A stretch of DNA of 64,000 bases from Candidatus Levyibacteriota bacterium. Its GTDB lineage: Bacteria > Patescibacteriota > Microgenomatia > Levybacterales > UBA12049. This document shows positions 58,799 through 64,000 of this stretch, piece after piece; the first letter of the stretch is position 1; every line of letters starts with the position of its first letter. The stretch lies in assembly GCA_963790825.1 (NCBI GenBank), contig CAWBPM010000002.1, forward strand, positions 551,159-615,158, in the 5' to 3' direction. A program made the translations under genes and the position numbers. The notes beneath the pieces were generated by a model that worked only from the letters and a program-made list of their open reading frames with translations, searched no databases and was not told the DNA's origin.

Positions 58799-61036
58799 TT
58801 ACTTTGTTCCCTCGTCCAGAATCATAACATCCTTATTAGGATCGAATTGTCCATCTTGCGGAACATACGCGATAACTTGTTTAAGAGAGTTATTCATTTG
58901 AATCAGGTGTCCGTCGTTTTGTAAACGAAATCTTCCGTCATTTTCAGAAACACCTCTATGTCCGATAAACCAATTTGTGTCAGGAGGCATACTCATGTTG
59001 GCGAGTAGTGCCCGCACTCCCAGCGTAACATTGGTATCTGTATTATCAGTCCAGGTTAATTGTTCAGTTGCTTCTTTATCTCTCCTGACAACTTCTTCCG
59101 GTTCCAAAATTTTTTCAGGAGCCGTATGAGAAACTAATAAGTTCTTTCCCTTTACCATGAGCGGGAGTGCCGCTTCAAATTCCGCCCATTTCTTAAGAAA
59201 ATCTTCTCCGAAATTCTTCAGCACCCATTTCTTTACCATATCTGACTGTTCAATACCACCTTTTGAATAACTTGCAATTGCTTCCGCCATGTCATCGTGG
59301 TTTCCTCGTACGAAGTGGAAATTCTGTGGAAACATTGATTTCAAATCCATGACCATTTTCATGGTATCTAAAGATCGCATCATCTCCTCATCCATAAATC
59401 TTTTATATTCCCCAACTTTAGCTTGTGTATAACGTGGCCTAAAACTAAGTGCCCGTGGATCGGTTGATCTAAGGAATAAATCTTCTTGCCCAGAATCAGA
59501 AGAGGGTATCGACATACCAGGATATAATTGTTTAAGAAGCTCTTCCCGCTCTGCAGCTGCCTTTCCGTATTCTGTTTGTCTGATATTTCCCACCTCATCT
59601 TCTACGGTTTTTTGTAAACCCCATTTGTATAACATTTCCGAGTGCATGCCGTCGCCGACGCAGACGACATTTATTTTTCCCTGTTTTAATAAGTCGTATA
59701 CTGTCTCTGTTTGACCATCAAGCTTCTTCGCCATTACTTTCGCCAGGAAATCCCGTCTCGCATGCAGATCCGGAACTACTATAGTCGGAATCCCATCCTG
59801 CAGTTTCACAATTCCTTCTGTTCCTTTCAGAGCTTCCATAGCTCTCTGAAGTGAAGTTTCATATACTTCTTGATGTTCCACTTTTGGTTTCAACGTATCT
59901 TTTTCTGCAAATTTCTGAAGAGCTTCCAGACTTTCTGTAACATTCCCAGTTTCTGTTTCCGGCTTAACCGCTGGTGTGCTATCGACAGTAACTGCAGAAG
60001 ACGTTGTTTCGATTCCGCTTTGCGACGCAGGTAATTGACCGACCCCGCCAGTTATTTGATCTATTTCCTCCTGAGTCGGTATTGACCCATTTCCATTCGT
60101 TGCTGGTTCTGTCGATGGCTTGAAAGGAACTGTTCCTTGAAGTGGGTGATGTCCATTTGCTGAAGTTGAGCCATTTTGGCTTATTCTGTCTTCCTCACGT
60201 ATTTTCAAAACTTCTCCCCACATCCGCTCAAGTATTTCCTGAGACCGTCCGGTTGGCAGTTCGTCTTTTGTATCATTTGCTTCTTTCAGTATTCCTGGCA
60301 GGCTTATACTTAGCCGTTCACCAGCCAAAACGGTTTCGATAATGATATCAGGGGAATCCTTACCACCAAACATACTAAGCATCCATTTCATTTGTCCCAG
60401 ACGCTCTTCAAGCTTTTTATATTCATCCGGCGTCTTAATATATTCCTTTCCATTTGTTACGCCAGATATAACATCATTGATAAAAGTGTCCATATCACTT
60501 TCCTTGTTTGGTCCGTAAAAATACCTTTCGTAGAGAACATCTGTGGCATATTCCGCATCTTCTTTCTTTCCTGAAGTGAAATTGACGTTTCTTCCTCCCG
60601 GATTTTGCCTTTCCAGATCTGCACTTATCGTCTGTCCCAGTTCGTCTAAAATAGCTTTTCGATCAGGATTCTCTATATATTTTTTAAACTTTTCGCTTTG
60701 CAGCACTGCTGCAGTACTTTTTTTCCACTCATTTATTCTCTCCTCTGCCGGAACATCTGTTTTACCTTCCCAATATGTCTTCCGCTCTTCTTCTGAAATT
60801 CGCTCGATAACCCTCCTCTTTATTAATAAATTAGGATCACCATCAGAAGCTTCAAAGTCTTGTTCTGTGATATCAGGTTTTAGTTCGGCAAGTGAACGTG
60901 TAGGATTAAGCGCCTCAACGTTGTTATAAGCAAGCCGTATCTGTACCGGATTCACTGAAGAAACAGCTTCCGTTTCCGGATTTTTTTGCGATTCTATACC
61001 GGGATCAACTGGTCTTTGTAAAGTTTCAACTGCCAT
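58799..61036 (-). CDS. Large protein with C-terminal calcineurin-like (PPP) metallophosphoesterase domain
   Basis: VPDLHA, VGDGMH, RGNHD, VSH, IGH motifs. Confidence 0.85.
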   Translation of the reverse strand: MAVETLQRPVDPGIESQKNPETEAVSSVNPVQIRLAYNNVEALNPTRSLAELKPDITEQDFEASDGDPNLLIKRRVIERISEEERKTYWEGKTDVPAEERINEWKKSTAAVLQSEKFKKYIENPDRKAILDELGQTISADLERQNPGGRNVNFTSGKKEDAEYATDVLYERYFYGPNKESDMDTFINDVISGVTNGKEYIKTPDEYKKLEERLGQMKWMLSMFGGKDSPDIIIETVLAGERLSISLPGILKEANDTKDELPTGRSQEILERMWGEVLKIREEDRISQNGSTSANGHHPLQGTVPFKPSTEPATNGNGSIPTQEEIDQITGGVGQLPASQSGIETTSSAVTVDSTPAVKPETETGNVTESLEALQKFAEKDTLKPKVEHQEVYETSLQRAMEALKGTEGIVKLQDGIPTIVVPDLHARRDFLAKVMAKKLDGQTETVYDLLKQGKINVVCVGDGMHSEMLYKWGLQKTVEDEVGNIRQTEYGKAAAEREELLKQLYPGMSIPSSDSGQEDLFLRSTDPRALSFRPRYTQAKVGEYKRFMDEEMMRSLDTMKMVMDLKSMFPQNFHFVRGNHDDMAEAIASYSKGGIEQSDMVKKWVLKNFGEDFLKKWAEFEAALPLMVKGKNLLVSHTAPEKILEPEEVVRRDKEATEQLTWTDNTDTNVTLGVRALLANMSMPPDTNWFIGHRGVSENDGRFRLQNDGHLIQMNNSLKQVIAYVPQDGQFDPNKDVMILDEGTK

Positions 61037-61172
61037 ATTTCTTACCTTTCAATCGTATTTTACTCTCATACAGCTTTTGGTTCAAGTTTATCTGCCGATT
61101 TATCCTACCCTATTACTTTCTTATTACACTTTCTTGATATTTTTATGATAATTGGATAACAGTTTCGCAGAT

Positions 61173-61253
61173 GTCATTCTGGAGCGAAGCGATAGAATCC
61201 CCGGAAATAAAAATAAGATCCTATCGTCCAGCAGAGCCGGACTCCAGGATGAC
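61173..61253. repeat. REP doublet (REPIN-like) hairpin
   Basis: GTCATTCTGGAG...CGATAGAATC pairs with GATCCTATCG...CTCCAGGATGAC. Confidence 0.88.
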
Positions 61254-61267
61254 GTGCCTAACAGAAG

Positions 61268-61948
61268 CTATTTTCCAAATCTTCTCTCTCTGCTGGCAAA
61301 TTCTTCCAAGGCAATATCAAATTGGTGTTCGTCAAAATCAGGCCAATAGACATCAGGAAAATAAAGTTCGCTATATACTCCCTGCCAGGGCAAAAACCCG
61401 CTAAGCCGCTGTTCTCCGCCGGTTCGGATAATCAGATCAGGATCCGGTTGATCCGTCGTATATAAATAGTGATTAAATGTTTTCTCATCCAGTTCTTTCG
61501 CTTTCTCAGCAAGGATTTGTTTAACTGCACGTAAAATCTCCGCTCTCCCGCCGTAGTTTAAGGCAATATTCACCGTGATTGCCGTATTTTGCTTGGTATC
61601 ATCGATTAAATCCACAAGCATTTTCTGAATATCTTCAGGAAACCGTCCGAGTTCTCCTAAGACAATAATCTTCACTTTATTTTTCTTCAGCTTTTTTATA
61701 ATTGGACCTGAAAAAAACTTACGGAATATTTCCATAAGTAGGGTTACTTCCTGCTCTTCCCGATTCCAGTTTTCAGTAGAGAATGCCCAGAAGGTAACAA
61801 AGGGAATTTTAAGTTTTATCGCATGCTCTACGATATCTTCGACCCGATTGACGCCTTTCGTGTGCCCGACAGATATAGGAAGCCCTCGCTGTCTCGCCCA
61901 GCGTCTATTTCCGTCCATAATAAAAGCAATATGCGAAGGTTTTGTCAT
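61268..61948 (-). CDS. uppS: Undecaprenyl diphosphate synthase
   Basis: IMDGNRRWA, FSTENW.R, NYGGR, IRTGGEQRLSGFL. Confidence 0.98.
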   Translation of the reverse strand: MTKPSHIAFIMDGNRRWARQRGLPISVGHTKGVNRVEDIVEHAIKLKIPFVTFWAFSTENWNREEQEVTLLMEIFRKFFSGPIIKKLKKNKVKIIVLGELGRFPEDIQKMLVDLIDDTKQNTAITVNIALNYGGRAEILRAVKQILAEKAKELDEKTFNHYLYTTDQPDPDLIIRTGGEQRLSGFLPWQGVYSELYFPDVYWPDFDEHQFDIALEEFASRERRFGK

Positions 61949-63438
61949 GAAAGTTTTTTAATCTTTGTACCCGATTTACTGTCTTCGATATCAAAGCCCA
62001 GTTTTTTTATTTTATTTCTGATTTGATCCGCTTGGTCAAAATGATTGTGTTTGCGAAGTTCTTTCCGTTCCTTGATAAGCTGTGTTATTTCATCCGGCAC
62101 TTCCAAAGGTAAACGCATGGAATGGGTATTGAAATATTCCTCAAGTCCAAGCCCCAGTACTTCGTCCATCCGGAAAATACTATTTAATTTGCTGTCCGGC
62201 GCGTGGTCAGACTTTACCAATTCCCACAAAATTGCCAGCGCTTCAGGCGTATTTAAATCATTATTCAAAGAGATTAGAAACCGTTCTTCAAATTCTGCTG
62301 CCCTGCTTTCTCCGACTCGCAAATTAACGATGCTCTCACGCAGATGATTCAATGCATTTTGTGCTGCTTCGAGAGCGGGGAAAGTAAAGTTCATCTCCTG
62401 GCGGTAATGGGTTTGCAGATACAGATAACGCAGGGCTAATGGATCAAAATTTTCTTTTTCCAAATCATACAGCCGGTAAATATTTTTTAAGCTTTTACTC
62501 ATTTTTTGGCCTTGTATTAACATCATTTGCCCATGAACCCAATAATTAATCCATGGATGCTTACCGGTTGCTGCTTCAGACTGTGCAACTTCATTGACAT
62601 GGTGCACCGGTAAAATATCAACTCCTCCTGTATGAATATCAAAATGTTCCCCAAGATATTTCATACTCATAGCAGAGCATTCAATATGCCAGCCGGGAAA
62701 CCCAACTCCCCAAGGGCTCTCCCATTCCATCTGCCTTTTTTCTGTCGCTGTCATCCCCGACTTGATCGGGGATCCAGTCTTTTGGTTTTCTGGATTCCCG
62801 CCTTCGCGGGAATGACGATTATATTCCTCCAACGTTACTCCTCCCGGATAACTAAACTTCCACAGCGCAAAATCAGTTGGGTTACGTTTTTGCAGATTTA
62901 TTTCAACCCGTGCCCCTTCTTGCAGATTTTTAAGGTCTAATTGCGCCAGTTCCCCATACCCCTTTGACCTACTTGTATCAAAATAAATACCGTCATCAAT
63001 TTGATAGGCAAATCCTTTATCTAATAATTTTTGCACCAAAGCAATTTGTTCAGGAATATGTTGTGTTGGCCGTGGTCGTTCATTTGGTTCAGTGAGATGC
63101 AGCGCTTTCCAATCTTTGAGAAAAACATCAGCATAGAAATCGGCAATTTCCCAGGCTGTTTTACCTGTAAGGCGTGCGCCTTTTTCCATTTTATCTTCAC
63201 CCGTATCGCCATCAGATACCAGATGCCCGACATCAGTGATATTCATAACCCAGGTTACGCTGTCACCATTTAGTTGCAAGGTTCTGACTAAAATATCGGC
63301 TGTTGTGTAGGTTCTGAAATTACCAATATGGGCGAAGTCGTAGACCGTCGGACCGCAGCTATACATTTTTACTTTCCCATTTTCAATCGGCTTAAAATCT
63401 TCAATTTTCCGAGTCAGCGTATTATAAAGCTTGAGCAT
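61945..63438 (-). CDS. cysS: Cysteine--tRNA ligase with an in-frame insertion
   Basis: [31 protein letters not shown]; start revised to MLKLYNTL. Confidence 0.98.
   Translation of the reverse strand: MLKLYNTLTRKIEDFKPIENGKVKMYSCGPTVYDFAHIGNFRTYTTADILVRTLQLNGDSVTWVMNITDVGHLVSDGDTGEDKMEKGARLTGKTAWEIADFYADVFLKDWKALHLTEPNERPRPTQHIPEQIALVQKLLDKGFAYQIDDGIYFDTSRSKGYGELAQLDLKNLQEGARVEINLQKRNPTDFALWKFSYPGGVTLEEYNRHSREGGNPENQKTGSPIKSGMTATEKRQMEWESPWGVGFPGWHIECSAMSMKYLGEHFDIHTGGVDILPVHHVNEVAQSEAATGKHPWINYWVHGQMMLIQGQKMSKSLKNIYRLYDLEKENFDPLALRYLYLQTHYRQEMNFTFPALEAAQNALNHLRESIVNLRVGESRAAEFEERFLISLNNDLNTPEALAILWELVKSDHAPDSKLNSIFRMDEVLGLGLEEYFNTHSMRLPLEVPDEITQLIKERKELRKHNHFDQADQIRNKIKKLGFDIEDSKSGTKIKKLS
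62750..62816. repeat. REP doublet inserted in frame in cysS
   Basis: GTCATCCCCGACTTGATCGGGGATCCAG-12 nt-CTGGATTCCCGCCTTCGCGGGAATGAC. Confidence 0.92.
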
Positions 63439-63482
63439 ACGAGGATTATATACCACTCCGCTTTGATTTTGCAAAATTTTGG

Positions 63483-63608
63483 CTATACCTTATTTCTTTT
63501 CCTTTTCTCTTTATCAATTCCATCTACGATGCGCCACAGCATCCAGGCAGTAACGAATGCACCAACGATGAGTCCGACACCGATAAGAATAAGAAAAAAG
63601 TTCAGCAT
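63483..63608 (-). CDS. Small single-TM protein (41 aa, not in ORF track)
   Basis: MLNFFLILIGVGLIVGAFVTAWMLWRIVDGIDKEKRKRNKV; TATAAT upstream. Confidence 0.6.
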   Translation of the reverse strand: MLNFFLILIGVGLIVGAFVTAWMLWRIVDGIDKEKRKRNKV

Positions 63609-63648
63609 GACAAGATAAATAAATTATAAGCTCTTAATTTTCCTTGCA

Positions 63649-63683
63649 ATTCTAAATTCTGAATTGTAAATTATAAATTCTTT
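63649..63683. repeat. Heptamer tandem repeat
   Basis: AATTCTA AATTCTG AATTGTA AATTATA AATTCTT. Confidence 0.65.
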
Positions 63684-64000
63684 TTATCCGCTGAATCCGA
63701 CTTTGTTCTCAGCTGAGGTTTGCGCACGGGTTACGGCAAGCGGCGGTAATTTCTCTTTATCGTCAAGCTGTAGCTGCTGCAATTTTTCCTGCTCTTCCCG
63801 TTCAACTTTTTCTGCCGGCTTTTCTTCCTCTTTTTTCCTATCCGGATCAAACGTCGGTTTATAATAAACATTCGTATGTTGTTCATTCAAGAGTTTTATT
63901 TTTTTTCTCGTTTCTTCCAGACTTTTTTGATCATCTGAACCTGGTTGTTGAGAATTAGTTACTATTTGCTGTGAGACCTGAGTTGATTGTTGTGCTGAAG
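63684..64000 (-). CDS. Gln/Glu-rich hypothetical protein (5' partial)
   Basis: Frame is open to the window end. Confidence 0.65.
   Translation of the reverse strand, partial: SAQQSTQVSQQIVTNSQQPGSDDQKSLEETRKKIKLLNEQHTNVYYKPTFDPDRKKEEEKPAEKVEREEQEKLQQLQLDDKEKLPPLAVTRAQTSAENKVGFSG

Noticed and set aside
21884-63618. Many antisense or nested ORFs in the track (e.g. 21884-22186, 25606-26154, 34012-34470, 60543-60929)
   Set aside because: They are shadow frames of well-supported genes.
1-64000. CRISPR array, rRNA, intact tRNA, prophage
   Set aside because: No regularly spaced 25-45 nt repeats, rRNA signatures, full cloverleaf or phage structural genes were seen by eye.
1-64000. Alternative genetic code (TGA as Gly or Trp)
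   Set aside because: Conserved genes are full length in code 11, and TGA ends genes such as cysS and the ABC ATPase at the expected positions.

Overview
AT-rich bacterial chromosomal window read in genetic code 11. The gene content (DUF5652, DUF5663, DUF3467, archaeal-type PEP carboxylase, TMTC-like glycosyltransferase, Pro/Thr-rich exported proteins, many orphans) suggests a Patescibacteria/CPR genome, probably Microgenomates; this is inference. Housekeeping genes include purE, purB, gdhA, ppcA, gpsA, sufS, def, a class A PBP, an LCP protein, uppS and cysS. Two intact IS481-like elements are present, each with terminal inverted repeats and a 5-bp target duplication. No rRNA, intact tRNA, CRISPR array, integrase or reverse transcriptase was seen. 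Main observations: (1) two nested, diverged duplications of gene 3' ends (purE and an orphan) that bracket integrase-free cargo; (2) a GTCAT/CGTC-tagged REP family, with one REP doublet inserted in frame inside cysS; (3) a structured leader of about 180 nt with competing helices over a Shine-Dalgarno site; (4) pervasive leaderless-type promoters; (5) a dispersed set of orphan proteins without signal peptides that carry protein-modifying catalytic motifs (Fic, PPP phosphatase, CheD-like deamidase, papain-like, JAB, possible kinase), which may be a host-directed effector repertoire; (6) intergenic heptamer repeat tracts. All family calls come from motif recognition by eye, not from database searches.
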